NCBI GenBank assembly: GCA_002067755.1
Contig: MVQH01000077.1
Span: 1,425 to 65,424, forward strand
Reading direction: 5' to 3'
Source: Methanosaeta sp. PtaB.Bin018
GTDB taxonomy: Archaea; Halobacteriota; Methanosarcinia; Methanotrichales; Methanotrichaceae
DNA length: 64,000 bases
Part shown: in pieces, positions 1-9,478 of the stretch
Numbering within the stretch: the stretch's first letter is position 1
How the letters are laid out: every line of letters starts with the position of its first letter
Notes under the pieces: generated by a model
The model's database searches: none
What the model saw: the letters and a program-made list of their open reading frames with translations, nothing else
What the model was told of the DNA's origin: nothing
Translations under genes and position numbers: made by a program

Positions 1-3000
1 GGTTTGCCAAGTTTTCGCGCCCCCGGATTTTGCGCGTGGCATCCAATCCATCCATCTGCGGCATCTGGATGTCCATGAGGATTACATCGTATGTTTTTTT
101 CTCAATTGCCTGTAAAACTTCAAAGCCATTTGAGGCTACATCTGCAGTGTATCCAAGGCGCCTCAGCATGCCAAGAGCCACCTTTTGATTCACGGGATTG
201 TCTTCCGCCAGCAGAAGGGTCAGGCCATGCTCCTCGACTGGCTTGGCAGGCTTGGGCCTAAACTCTGACACCACTGTGCTCTTGGGTGTGAGAAGCTTGA
301 TCAGATGGTCGCGGAGCTGGATGGGTTTGATAGGCTTGCTTAACCAACCTGAGACAAATGCTTCTCGAAGAATTTTGCATCCGATGGGAACCATTATCAC
401 AATAGGTGCATCGCATCCCTTGACGAACCGGATATCCCTTGCAAGGTCCTGACCGCTCATATCTGGCAGCTTTGCATCGATGATGACAAAATCATAGACT
501 TTTCCTGCCAGCATATCCATAGCTTCCTTGCCGCTGCTCGACGCCACAACCACCATTCCCCAGGATGAAAGAACCTTGACGAGCATGTTCCTGACTGAAT
601 CGCTGCCCTCCACAATGATTGCCTTCTTGCCGCAAAGAATCAAGTCCTGAGGTTGAGGAGGCTCTTTTTCATGAACGGCTTCGGATATTATGGTGAAGTG
701 GAAGGTGCTTCCTCTTCCAAGCTCGCTCTCAACCCAAATCCTTCCGCCCATCATCTCAGCCAGCCTCCGACTTATGGCCAAGCCAAGGCCTGTCCCGCCA
801 TAATATCTTGTGGTTGAGGAATCAACCTGGGAAAAAGATTGAAAAAGCTTTCCAATATCTTCCTGAGATATTCCTATTCCTGTGTCTTTGATAGAAAAGT
901 GGAGCTCGATCTTTCCATTTTCTGCTGGGCCTGAGCTCACTGACAGTACCACCTCACCCTTTTCTGTGAACTTAACTGCGTTCCCCAAGAGATTGATCAA
1001 GATCTGACGCAGGCGGGTCTCATCGCCGATGATCTCATGCGGCACACCGCTCTCGAGGAAATATGCCAATTCCAGGCCCTTCTCTGCAGCTTTGGCAGCC
1101 ACCAGATCGATGGCGATCTCTATGCAGCTTTGCAGATCGAATCTCCTGCTAGCCAGCACCATCTTTCCACCGTCTATCTTGGAGAAGTCCAAAATGTCGT
1201 TGATGATGGAGAGCAGTGCATTCCCGCTGTTGCGAATTGTCTCCAAGTAATCGCGCTGCTCAAGCTTCAAATCCGTCTCCATGAGCAACCCAGCCATTCC
1301 GATCACTGCATTCAATGGCGTGCGTATCTCATGGCTCATGTTTGCCATGAATTCAGATTTCGCCTTCATGGCCAGTTCCGCCCTATTTTTGGCGCTCTTC
1401 AGATCTTCTTCAACCAGCTTTCGATCGGTGATATCACGCATGGACTCAATCGCGCCGTAGACCTGACCCCTCGAGTCATAAAGAACTGCTGCGCTTCCCA
1501 TGAGATAGATTGCCCTCCCGTTAATATCGGGAATAAAAGCGTCTCCGACCAAAGTGCCATCTTCCTCTCTCTTTATTGTCGCATAAGTCTCTTCGAACTG
1601 CAAATTGGGTTTTAATACAAGATCTATCAGAAGGGGCCGCCGTCTCTTGTAAAAAGGCAGGGCGTATTCATAATTGTCTCTTCCAAGCATATCCTCTGCA
1701 TTGATGCCCGTGAGCTTCTCAATAGCCCTGTTCCATGCGATTACCACGCCGTCTTTATTGATAACGAATGTCGCGTCCGGCAAAAAATTGATGATATCTG
1801 CCAGCCGCCGTTCAGAATCCACCATGGCAGCTTCGGCCAGCGTCCGCTCTTGAATCTCATTTTGCAACTCCCTATTGGCAGCCTCAAGCTGCGCAGTGCG
1901 CGAAGCTACGCGGCCTTCCAGTTCTTCGTTTAGGCGGATGATCTCTTGCTGCGCAAGTTTTCTCTCCAAAAGATCCTGTTGCGCGCTACGATAGAGTTGA
2001 GCGTTCTCATTTAATGCAAGGACCTGGCGCACTATTACAAGTCCAATGATCCAGCCCACTGCCCAGGACAATGTGTCGAAAGACAGGCCAATGGAGTGCT
2101 CATGGCTCCAGACGAGCAATGTAAAAGCGCCAGCTGCACAAAAATATGGCAGATAAAGAGGCCAGGTCAACTGGCCATATTTTGGCTGATCTGTTTGATA
2201 GGATGCAAAGGAGCCTTTGTGAATGGCATCCACCTGAGACATCCCTGCGAGGCCGATCAAGACATATCCAACAGGCCAGACAAAATCCAAAAACCCTCCG
2301 GAGACATACGTCCCCTCAAGGGTCTGCTGGAAGAAAAAGGCGTCAGCCACAATCAGAGATGTAATTCCGCCGGCGAGAAATAATAACGAGTTTTGATCTC
2401 TCCGATAAATTCTCTTGAAGATCAGCTCCAGAACGGCGAATAGAAGGATCAGATCCATTACGGGATATGCTACTGAGAGCATCAGAGTAAGGACGTCGAC
2501 ATCCGCTGAGTCCTGAATAGTGGGGGCGATGATAAGGCTCCAGAAGACAAGAACTGCAGAGATCATCACAATTCCTGTATCCAGCACCATCTTCAGCCTC
2601 TCGCTTGAGGTAAATTTTATGCTGGGAAGAATAAGAATGCCGAATAGGAATAGCGGATAGCTTAATATATAAAAATAATCTGCCAGAGAAGGAAATGGAC
2701 TCTCATGCAGGACGAGCTCTGTATAAGCCCAGATTCCGTCTCCGATAGTAAAGGAGAGCCTTGAGAGGGCCATCATCATCCAGGCCAGGTAGACTGTTCT
2801 TCCTTCAATGTAAGAGCACTTGGCACCGTAAAACAAAGCCAATGTAACCAGGCCGTCGATTATAACAGATCCGATATCGGTGAATGCTGTTGTTGCATCT
2901 TGATCATTGATAAATAGCACAGTGCCGAAGGCAAAAGAGATGAGCAACAGCAATCCTGCCACCAGCGAATAGCCAAAAGGTGGACTCCAAAATTCTGCAT

Positions 3001-3076
3001 ATGATTTAGCCTCTGCATTGGCTGTGCAGGAGTCTGAGGATTTGCCATCTGCTGCTGCCTCTATAAGAGAATGCAT
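1..3076 (-). CDS. Hybrid sensor histidine kinase/response regulator (polytopic N-terminal sensor, coiled coil, PAS, HisKA, HATPase_c, two receiver domains); the 3' end runs off the window
   Basis: Absent from the ORF track because it has no in-window stop. My manual minus-strand translation from ATG 3076-3074 stays open to position 1. It reads MHSLIEAAADGKS..., then several hydrophobic segments. Recognisable blocks follow: DSERRLADIINFLPDATFVINKDGVV (PAS), SEFMANMSHEIRTPLNAVIGM (H-box), YYGGTGLGLAIS (G2 box) and HGLTLLLAEDNPVNQK...DVILMDIQMPQMDG (receiver). Confidence 0.85.
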   Translation of the reverse strand, partial: MHSLIEAAADGKSSDSCTANAEAKSYAEFWSPPFGYSLVAGLLLLISFAFGTVLFINDQDATTAFTDIGSVIIDGLVTLALFYGAKCSYIEGRTVYLAWMMMALSRLSFTIGDGIWAYTELVLHESPFPSLADYFYILSYPLFLFGILILPSIKFTSSERLKMVLDTGIVMISAVLVFWSLIIAPTIQDSADVDVLTLMLSVAYPVMDLILLFAVLELIFKRIYRRDQNSLLFLAGGITSLIVADAFFFQQTLEGTYVSGGFLDFVWPVGYVLIGLAGMSQVDAIHKGSFASYQTDQPKYGQLTWPLYLPYFCAAGAFTLLVWSHEHSIGLSFDTLSWAVGWIIGLVIVRQVLALNENAQLYRSAQQDLLERKLAQQEIIRLNEELEGRVASRTAQLEAANRELQNEIQERTLAEAAMVDSERRLADIINFLPDATFVINKDGVVIAWNRAIEKLTGINAEDMLGRDNYEYALPFYKRRRPLLIDLVLKPNLQFEETYATIKREEDGTLVGDAFIPDINGRAIYLMGSAAVLYDSRGQVYGAIESMRDITDRKLVEEDLKSAKNRAELAMKAKSEFMANMSHEIRTPLNAVIGMAGLLMETDLKLEQRDYLETIRNSGNALLSIINDILDFSKIDGGKMVLASRRFDLQSCIEIAIDLVAAKAAEKGLELAYFLESGVPHEIIGDETRLRQILINLLGNAVKFTEKGEVVLSVSSGPAENGKIELHFSIKDTGIGISQEDIGKLFQSFSQVDSSTTRYYGGTGLGLAISRRLAEMMGGRIWVESELGRGSTFHFTIISEAVHEKEPPQPQDLILCGKKAIIVEGSDSVRNMLVKVLSSWGMVVVASSSGKEAMDMLAGKVYDFVIIDAKLPDMSGQDLARDIRFVKGCDAPIVIMVPIGCKILREAFVSGWLSKPIKPIQLRDHLIKLLTPKSTVVSEFRPKPAKPVEEHGLTLLLAEDNPVNQKVALGMLRRLGYTADVASNGFEVLQAIEKKTYDVILMDIQMPQMDGLDATRKIRGRENLAN

Positions 3077-3187
3077 TTCCAAAGCCCCCCTTCCGTGTCT
3101 CTTTTTCAATAATTTGCTGTATACTTATTCTAACTTCTGATATAACAATATATCCGTTTCAAAGTTATCCATTCCGAAGTGGCTTTT

Positions 3188-3203
3188 TTTGGAGTCCTCC
3201 AAA
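3188..3203. promoter_or_regulatory. Palindrome TTTGGAG-TC-CTCCAAA in the divergent intergenic region between the kinase and the SET-domain gene; candidate operator
   Basis: Read directly from the sequence: 7-bp arms around a 2-nt centre, inside a 225-bp AT-rich spacer. No functional evidence. Confidence 0.25.
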
Positions 3204-3301
3204 GTCTATCTTATTTAGAAAATTATATTTAGTTAAAGCAATATTCTTATATAGATCTTCTCCATTTTGTTAATTGAGAGCAACACAGTTAGAGGTCCTT
3301 T

Positions 3302-3901
3302 ATGTACTTGGTTAAAATTTATAAAGATAGTAGTAAGATTGATGGAGTGGGAATATTCTCCGGAGAATTCGTGCCCGAAGGAACCATTATCTATTATCAT
3401 AGTAGTGAAGATAATTATCTTTTAAAGACAGAGTTTCTCTCCCTTTCAGATGATGAAAAAGAAAGAATATATAAATTTGGAGTCGAGGATGAGGATGGCA
3501 ATTGGGTGGTAACCGACGGAGACGCAAACCACAGCTGCGATGCCAACATCCTCTCCCTATTTGTCGACGGCATCTACTGCGACATTGCTGCCAAAGACAT
3601 CCAGGCTGGAGAGGAGATCACAATCGATTACGGTTTATTTTATAGCTCATTTCAATGGACTATGATGTGCAAATGCAACTCTCCACACTGCAGGGGCGTT
3701 GTTGGATCAGGCCTTTTGGTGGAGCCGCAGACCCAGGAGCTGTGGCGTTCGAGAATTTCCCAGGCCGCCAGTCACATCTTCGACGTGAGGCAACCATTAT
3801 TCTCGAGAGGAGATGAGTGCGCAATGCGACTGACCTCTGCCATAAGATCCAAACGAGATCCTAAGATATTCCCATATATCAAATTCTCATTGATCTCATG
3901 A
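3302..3901 (+). CDS. SET-domain protein lysine methyltransferase
   Basis: Contains the SET signatures NHSCDAN and EEITIDYG, followed by a post-SET Cys motif CKCNSPHCRG. Confidence 0.75.
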   Translation: MYLVKIYKDSSKIDGVGIFSGEFVPEGTIIYYHSSEDNYLLKTEFLSLSDDEKERIYKFGVEDEDGNWVVTDGDANHSCDANILSLFVDGIYCDIAAKDIQAGEEITIDYGLFYSSFQWTMMCKCNSPHCRGVVGSGLLVEPQTQELWRSRISQAASHIFDVRQPLFSRGDECAMRLTSAIRSKRDPKIFPYIKFSLIS

Positions 3902-3914
3902 GTAGATCCCCGCC

Positions 3915-5822
3915 TCATGCCACTTCATGCTCTTGAGAGCTTCTAAACCACATGCGCATCTCCCATACCCCTTCTTCGCGCCTCTTCTCAGTATAAAATC
4001 CAAGTTTCTCGAAGAGGTGAATCATGGGTTTGTTCTCCACCAGCACATCGGCCACAAATCCGAGCAGGCCCTGCCTGCGGGCCAGATAAGCAAGGTACGA
4101 AAGAAGCTCTGTGCCCACGCCCTTCCCCTGGTAGTTGTCCCTCACCACCAGAGCTACTTCTGCCATATGCAAGGCAGGATTCAGTTCATATTGCCCCAGG
4201 CCAACGATGACCTCCTTCTCCTTCTCCTCGATTATCGCCAGTATCTCCATCTTCTTGCTGTAGTCCACGACCACAAAATCCTGCAGCCTCCGATGAGGCA
4301 TGTCTTTTCTGGCAGAGAAGAATCGCAAATACATGCTGTCTTCGGAGAGCGCATAGAAGAAGTCCTTGAGCATTGGCTCGTCGGCGATCTTCACAGGGCG
4401 CAGAAGGATATTCACTCCTCGTCTGGTCGTCCTGTAGATCTCCAGCTCCTCTGGATACATGCCCTTCTCGCCCGGAATGAAGACCTGATCCTTGTAGATC
4501 AGAGTCATCTTGCGGGCGGTTTCGATCAGCCAGGGCCGGAACTTGGGGTGAGCGATGGCGATGAGATCCATAGCCCTCTCTCGAATATTTTTTCCGTGCA
4601 GGAAGGCGATGCCGTACTCCGTAACAACGTATTGAACATCCCCCCGCGTAAGAGTGACTCCCGCACCCTGTTGCAGCACAGGCACAATGCGTGAGACGCT
4701 GTCGTTGAGGGCTGTAGAGGGCAGAGCAAGAATGGTCTTTCCGCCCTGGGCAAGGACTGCGCCTCGCATGAAATCAGCCTGACCTCCGATTCCGCTGTAG
4801 AATGTTCCTCCGATCGATTCTGCGGTGGCCTGGCCTGTGAGATCTATCTCCATGGCGCTGTTGATGGCGGTCATGAGGTAATTTCTGGCAATGATCAAGG
4901 GATTGTTGGTGTAATCTATCCTCTTGAACTCTATGGCCGGATTCTCGTCCAGGAAATCGTACGTTTCCCGGCTACCCATGCAAAAGGAGGCGATGGTCTT
5001 GCCGGGATTGTGGCTCTTTTTGCTGTTATTGACCACGCCCTCCCTCATGAGCTCGACGATGCCGTCGCTCAAAAGCTCGGTATGCACTCCCAGATCTTTC
5101 TTCTCCTTGAGATTTGCGACCACAGCATCGGGAATCAGCCCGTAACCCACCTGGATTGTAGAGCCATCCTCTATGATGCGGGCCACATATCTTCCAATCC
5201 TCTGAACAATGTCGCTTGGGGCCTTGACGGAGTATTCGAGCAGTGGCTCGTCATGTGGGAGGACGAAGTCGATGTCCGCTATATTTACGAAGCCATCGCC
5301 GTGAGTGCGCGGCATATTCGCATTTATCTGAGCCACTACAAGCCCGGCGGCCTTTACAGCGGATTTAACAACGTCTACACTTATTCCCAGGCTGACGTAG
5401 CCGTGCTTGTCTGGCAGGGAGGTCTGGATCAGTGCAACGTCCACGGGCACAAGCTCTCTTCTGAAAAGATCCGGGACAGACGAGAGAAAGATGGGCGTGT
5501 AGTCCGCAGCGCCCCTGTTCACAGAATTCCTGGTGCTGTCCCCTACGAAGAACGAATCGAGCCTGAAGTTCTCCTGGAACTTTTCATCGGTGTAAGGCGC
5601 AACGCCCAGGGTCCAGACGTGAATGAGCTCGGCGTCGAAGAAAGCCTTAGGATGGTTCTTGACGTATTCGACCAGCGCCTGGACAAGATACTGAGGCTCG
5701 CCACAGCCAGTTCCAATAAAGATCCGATCTCCAGCGTGAATGTGGGAGAAGATCTCTTCTTGCTGCGCAAACTTCTCAGGATACATCTTCTTAAAATCGT
5801 CGAGGAGCTTTCTGTCTTTCAT
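3915..5822 (-). CDS. Acetyl-CoA hydrolase/transferase family domain fused to a C-terminal GNAT acetyltransferase
   Basis: 635 aa. The N-terminal ~450 aa resemble acetyl-CoA hydrolase/CoA-transferase proteins (GTGCGEPQ..., GIGGQADF). The C-terminal ~150 aa have GNAT motif A (YQGKGVGTELL). Confidence 0.75.
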   Translation of the reverse strand: MKDRKLLDDFKKMYPEKFAQQEEIFSHIHAGDRIFIGTGCGEPQYLVQALVEYVKNHPKAFFDAELIHVWTLGVAPYTDEKFQENFRLDSFFVGDSTRNSVNRGAADYTPIFLSSVPDLFRRELVPVDVALIQTSLPDKHGYVSLGISVDVVKSAVKAAGLVVAQINANMPRTHGDGFVNIADIDFVLPHDEPLLEYSVKAPSDIVQRIGRYVARIIEDGSTIQVGYGLIPDAVVANLKEKKDLGVHTELLSDGIVELMREGVVNNSKKSHNPGKTIASFCMGSRETYDFLDENPAIEFKRIDYTNNPLIIARNYLMTAINSAMEIDLTGQATAESIGGTFYSGIGGQADFMRGAVLAQGGKTILALPSTALNDSVSRIVPVLQQGAGVTLTRGDVQYVVTEYGIAFLHGKNIRERAMDLIAIAHPKFRPWLIETARKMTLIYKDQVFIPGEKGMYPEELEIYRTTRRGVNILLRPVKIADEPMLKDFFYALSEDSMYLRFFSARKDMPHRRLQDFVVVDYSKKMEILAIIEEKEKEVIVGLGQYELNPALHMAEVALVVRDNYQGKGVGTELLSYLAYLARRQGLLGFVADVLVENKPMIHLFEKLGFYTEKRREEGVWEMRMWFRSSQEHEVA

Positions 5823-5895
5823 CTAGCCCTTAGCCTCCCAGTCTTTTCCAATCTCATAAGTCAGCTCTGAGGATATAGGACTTTCCGGATCTCAG

Positions 5896-7959
5896 TTACT
5901 CGCCTGATTTCGCAAGTAGATCCAGCATCTTTTTCAGATCTGTGGTGGGGAGATGGCAGCGCTGTCCAGAGCACACATAGGCAGTCGCCCTTCCATCTAA
6001 CTGGGACATATTTTTTGCGAACTTTGCTAGCATTCCTATCTGCTCATCAGATCTCAACAACACTATCTTGTTGGGAAGGAAACGAACTCTTATGGCCTGC
6101 AGCATTTTCTGGATATCTTCGTCATCCCTGTCTCCAGCCAGGACGATCTCAATGGAAGGTCCCAGGGCAAAGTCCAGAGCACAAAGAAGCATGGCGTAGC
6201 CAGTGTGCCTGTTGCCTGCTGCGCCGACTGCTGCTCGGGCGATCTTCTCTGAAGCATCTTGCAGCGCAAGATCGCCTGTGAAGTGCGCCAGCCTGAGCAA
6301 ATTGAGCATGGCAACAGAATTTCCTGACGGCACAGCTCCATCGTAAAACTCCTTTTTGCGCAGCAAAATAGCAGATCCATCATCTGGGGTGAAGAAGAGA
6401 CCACCTTGCTTATCGTCCCAGAAGTGCTGCAACATAACCTGGTTCAGCTCTAAGGCTGCCTGTAGGTACTTCCTATCGAAGACAGTCTCATAAAGATCGA
6501 TCAATCCCCAGATCAAGAACGCATAATCATCCAAGTTGGCCTGAATGCCAGCCTCACCGCGGTAGCGATGCAGCAGCCGCCATTTGGCTGTTCGCATCTC
6601 CTTCAGAATAAAATCCGCAGATCTCATGGCGGCAGAGGCATATTTTGGCTCTTGCAAGGCCTGCGCAGCCATCGCAAAGGCAGCTATCATCAGGCCATTC
6701 CAATCGGTCAGGATCTTGTCGTCCCTCATTGGACGAACTCTCTTCTCGCGGACGGCAAAGAGCTTGAGCCTGATCTTCTCTAGCCGATTTTGCAGCTCCT
6801 TCTCATCCATCTTCAGCACAGACGCCGCATCTTGCGGTGCAGACCGGAGGCGCAGGATATTTCGTCCTCTCTCATAGTTGCCGCTCTCATGCACATCGAA
6901 GAGCCTGACCATCAGCCGCATCTCTTCTTTTTCCAGGGAGCTGTTCAATTCATCTGCGGTCCAGAGATAGTACTTTCCCTCCTCTCCTTCGCTGTCAGCA
7001 TCCTCGGCAGAGAAGAAGCCGCCCGTCTCAGATGTCATGTCCCGCAGCACATAATCAAGGATCTCTCGAGCAGTCCTGGCAAACACTTCATTGCCGGTTG
7101 CCTGAAAGGCCTCAACATAAGCGATGGCAAGCATCGCCTGGTCGTAGAGCATCTTCTCGAAATGGGGGACAAGCCAGCTCTCATCTGTTGAGTACCTGTG
7201 AAATCCCCCTCCAACATGATCGTAGATCCCACCCATGCGCATGGCCAGCAAAGTAGTTTTTACCATATCTAAAGCGGCATCATCGCCACTTCGCTTCCAG
7301 TAGCGTAAAAGGAATAGAAGGTTGGACGGCGAAGGAAACTTTGGGGCTGTGCCAAATCCTCCGTTCAAGGCGTCATAGTTCGCTGACAGACCATCATAGC
7401 CCCTGGCAATGATGGCATCTAACTCAAGTCTCCAAGATTCCACCGCAGGTGCTTGGGTTTGACTGAAAGCTTCCAGGACTTCGTCGGCAGAGGCCAGCAG
7501 CTCCTCTTTATTGCCTTCCCAGAGCGTATGAATCCTGGGAATGAGTTCCATCATTCCCATCTGCCCAAAGCGCCCTCTCTTTGGGATGTATGTAGCAGCG
7601 AAGATCGGCTTCTTGTCGGGGGTCATGATGATAGTAAGAGGCCATCCACCCCGTCCTGTCATTGCTTGGGCAATGGCCATATACGTATTGTCAATGTCCG
7701 GCCTCTCCTCCCTGTCCACCTTAATGCAAATAAAAGCCTTGTTCATCAGAGCTGCCACCTCAGGATCCTCGAAGGACTCGTGGGCCATGACATGGCACCA
7801 GTGGCAGGTGGAGTATCCCACAGAGAGGAAGATGGGCTTATCCTCTCTTTTTGCCCTCTCAAAGGCCTCGTCTCCCCATGGATACCATTGCACCGGATTG
7901 TAGGCGTGCTGTAGCAAATATGGGCTCTTCTCAGAGATGAGACGATTCGCTCGACGCAT
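5896..7959 (-). CDS. Thioredoxin-domain protein of the DUF255/YyaL type, with an N-acylglucosamine-2-epimerase-like alpha-toroid C-terminal part
   Basis: Contains [22 protein letters not shown]...[15 protein letters not shown]. The ORF is open to 8049, but that start would overlap rpoL. ATG 7959 ([15 protein letters not shown]) fits the family N-terminus. Confidence 0.8.
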   Translation of the reverse strand: MRRANRLISEKSPYLLQHAYNPVQWYPWGDEAFERAKREDKPIFLSVGYSTCHWCHVMAHESFEDPEVAALMNKAFICIKVDREERPDIDNTYMAIAQAMTGRGGWPLTIIMTPDKKPIFAATYIPKRGRFGQMGMMELIPRIHTLWEGNKEELLASADEVLEAFSQTQAPAVESWRLELDAIIARGYDGLSANYDALNGGFGTAPKFPSPSNLLFLLRYWKRSGDDAALDMVKTTLLAMRMGGIYDHVGGGFHRYSTDESWLVPHFEKMLYDQAMLAIAYVEAFQATGNEVFARTAREILDYVLRDMTSETGGFFSAEDADSEGEEGKYYLWTADELNSSLEKEEMRLMVRLFDVHESGNYERGRNILRLRSAPQDAASVLKMDEKELQNRLEKIRLKLFAVREKRVRPMRDDKILTDWNGLMIAAFAMAAQALQEPKYASAAMRSADFILKEMRTAKWRLLHRYRGEAGIQANLDDYAFLIWGLIDLYETVFDRKYLQAALELNQVMLQHFWDDKQGGLFFTPDDGSAILLRKKEFYDGAVPSGNSVAMLNLLRLAHFTGDLALQDASEKIARAAVGAAGNRHTGYAMLLCALDFALGPSIEIVLAGDRDDEDIQKMLQAIRVRFLPNKIVLLRSDEQIGMLAKFAKNMSQLDGRATAYVCSGQRCHLPTTDLKKMLDLLAKSGE

Positions 7960-8006
7960 ATTCCCAGATTTCGGCCTGGCCACGGGGCAGAGAGCTTTTT
8001 GCCGAA

Positions 8007-8282
8007 CTATTTCACAGCCTCTGCATACAAGCTGCTGAACTCGTCGCACTGGCCTATTATGCGAGCTGTGACCTCTCTCAAAACGGCTATTGGGTCTGCA
8101 CCCAGTGTCTTGAGGCGGAAGACGGGATTGTCCATGATTGGGAATTTAGTATCATAGGTAGCCATCTTCACCCGCGGGTCTGCCAGCAGCTCAGTGCGCA
8201 GCAGGTTGAGGATAGTATGACCTTCCCCCACAAACTCTATGACAGCTTCGTCATCAGTCTTATTGATGATCTTCAAAATCAC
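8007..8282 (-). CDS. rpoL: DNA-directed RNA polymerase subunit L (Rpo11)
   Basis: [33 protein letters not shown]... is RpoL-like. A GTG start at 8282 overlaps the csl4 stop codon and gives a typical length of ~91 aa. The longer tracked ORF (to 8387) lies inside csl4. Confidence 0.8.
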   Translation of the reverse strand: MILKIINKTDDEAVIEFVGEGHTILNLLRTELLADPRVKMATYDTKFPIMDNPVFRLKTLGADPIAVLREVTARIIGQCDEFSSLYAEAVK

Positions 8283-8842
8283 TAAACCACACCCAGTCCG
8301 TAAGCAGAGCTCATCTTGCGCGTCTCGTTGTTGCCACAATTGGGACAGGCCAGCTTCCCATCTTTTCGCACAAGGCCTGTCAGGCACCGGTTGCAGTAGG
8401 CTTTGATCACTCCCAGATCCTCATCGCTTGTAGATAGCCTCATCTGCCTTTCGTCGATGATCTTGGCCTTAATGATATCGCGGAGAGAGAAAAGGTGGCG
8501 TAGGTCTTTGACATAGGAGTTCCTCACATTGGAGATGTGGATGGTGGCCTCCTCGTCCGAAAGCGGACGGCTCTCATAGCCTTTCTTGAACGCCAGAGAG
8601 ACTATAACCAGACTGTCCTTAAGGTCGATGACCTCCCCGACCACGATATCGCCATGAGAGAGCTTGGGCGGGGCATTCGTCTTGGGTATAACATAAGCGG
8701 CCCTGGTCTTGGAATCTACCTTGGTCAGGCCTGTCGTTGAAGCGAAAATCAATCCTCCCTTGGCATAGGTGTAATCTCCGGGAATGAACTCCTCAGAGGA
8801 TCCAACTACATCTCCAGGGAGCACGAAGCAGTCTTGCGTCAT
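8282..8842 (-). CDS. csl4: Exosome complex RNA-binding protein Csl4
   Basis: Has an S1-like core (GDIVVGEVIDL...) and a C-terminal zinc ribbon (CNRC...CPNCG). The csl4-rpoL pairing is conserved in archaea. Confidence 0.85.
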   Translation of the reverse strand: MTQDCFVLPGDVVGSSEEFIPGDYTYAKGGLIFASTTGLTKVDSKTRAAYVIPKTNAPPKLSHGDIVVGEVIDLKDSLVIVSLAFKKGYESRPLSDEEATIHISNVRNSYVKDLRHLFSLRDIIKAKIIDERQMRLSTSDEDLGVIKAYCNRCLTGLVRKDGKLACPNCGNNETRKMSSAYGLGVV

Positions 8843-8864
8843 TTACTCCTCAAATAATACAAAT

Positions 8865-9452
8865 CTAACAGGTTATTCTATAAAGCTCAACCTCGATGGT
8901 CTTGACGTCCTTGCTGTGAAACTCGAAGCATCTCTTCAGTTGGAATGGAATGCGATAGATCTCCTGTACCACACATGGTTCTACAAACCTTCTAATGAAA
9001 CCTTCGCTTCCCTTGTTATGAATAGAGTAGATCGTTTTTGCGACCTCCATTGCCTTGGAAAGGAATGCGCGATCTCCGACGCTCGCCCTCTGGGCGCCGA
9101 ATGGAGGGTTCATGACCACTGTGTCAATTCCCTTCAGAGAGATGGAGCTCACACTTCCCAAAACAAAGTCCACATGAACGCCCAGCTTTTTTGCATTTCT
9201 TCGAGCCTCTGCCAGAGCCTGGCGGTCGATCTCCACGCCGATTGCCCGCGCGCCGAGCAGAGCCGCTCCAATGGCAAGGATGCCTGTCCCACATCCCAGG
9301 TCGCAAACCACGCCCAAATCGCCATGCATGTAAGCATGAAAGAGCATCTCGGCGGCGACGGATGCAGGCGTTGAATACTGCTCATGCAATGGCGAGGGAC
9401 TGGGAAATCCATCCAGCCGCTCCAGTAATATCTCTAGCTGCTTCTTTTTCAT
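8865..9452 (-). CDS. Class I SAM-dependent methyltransferase with an NPPF motif (METTL5/HemK-like RNA or protein methylase)
   Basis: SAM-binding motif DLGCGTGILAI and catalytic VMNPPFG. Confidence 0.7.
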   Translation of the reverse strand: MKKKQLEILLERLDGFPSPSPLHEQYSTPASVAAEMLFHAYMHGDLGVVCDLGCGTGILAIGAALLGARAIGVEIDRQALAEARRNAKKLGVHVDFVLGSVSSISLKGIDTVVMNPPFGAQRASVGDRAFLSKAMEVAKTIYSIHNKGSEGFIRRFVEPCVVQEIYRIPFQLKRCFEFHSKDVKTIEVELYRITC

Positions 9453-9478
9453 CCTGCGTTTGCAGCAATTATCTTAAA

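Noticed and set aside
3927-5870. Long plus-strand ORFs (3927-4694, 255 aa; 5010-5870, 286 aa)
   Set aside because: They lie entirely antisense to the well-supported 635-aa CoA-transferase/GNAT gene. Their products are low-complexity and His/Leu/Arg-rich, as expected for shadow ORFs.
8283-8387. Upstream part of the 126-aa ORF assigned to rpoL
   Set aside because: It lies inside csl4 in another frame. The RpoL-like sequence begins at GTG 8282.
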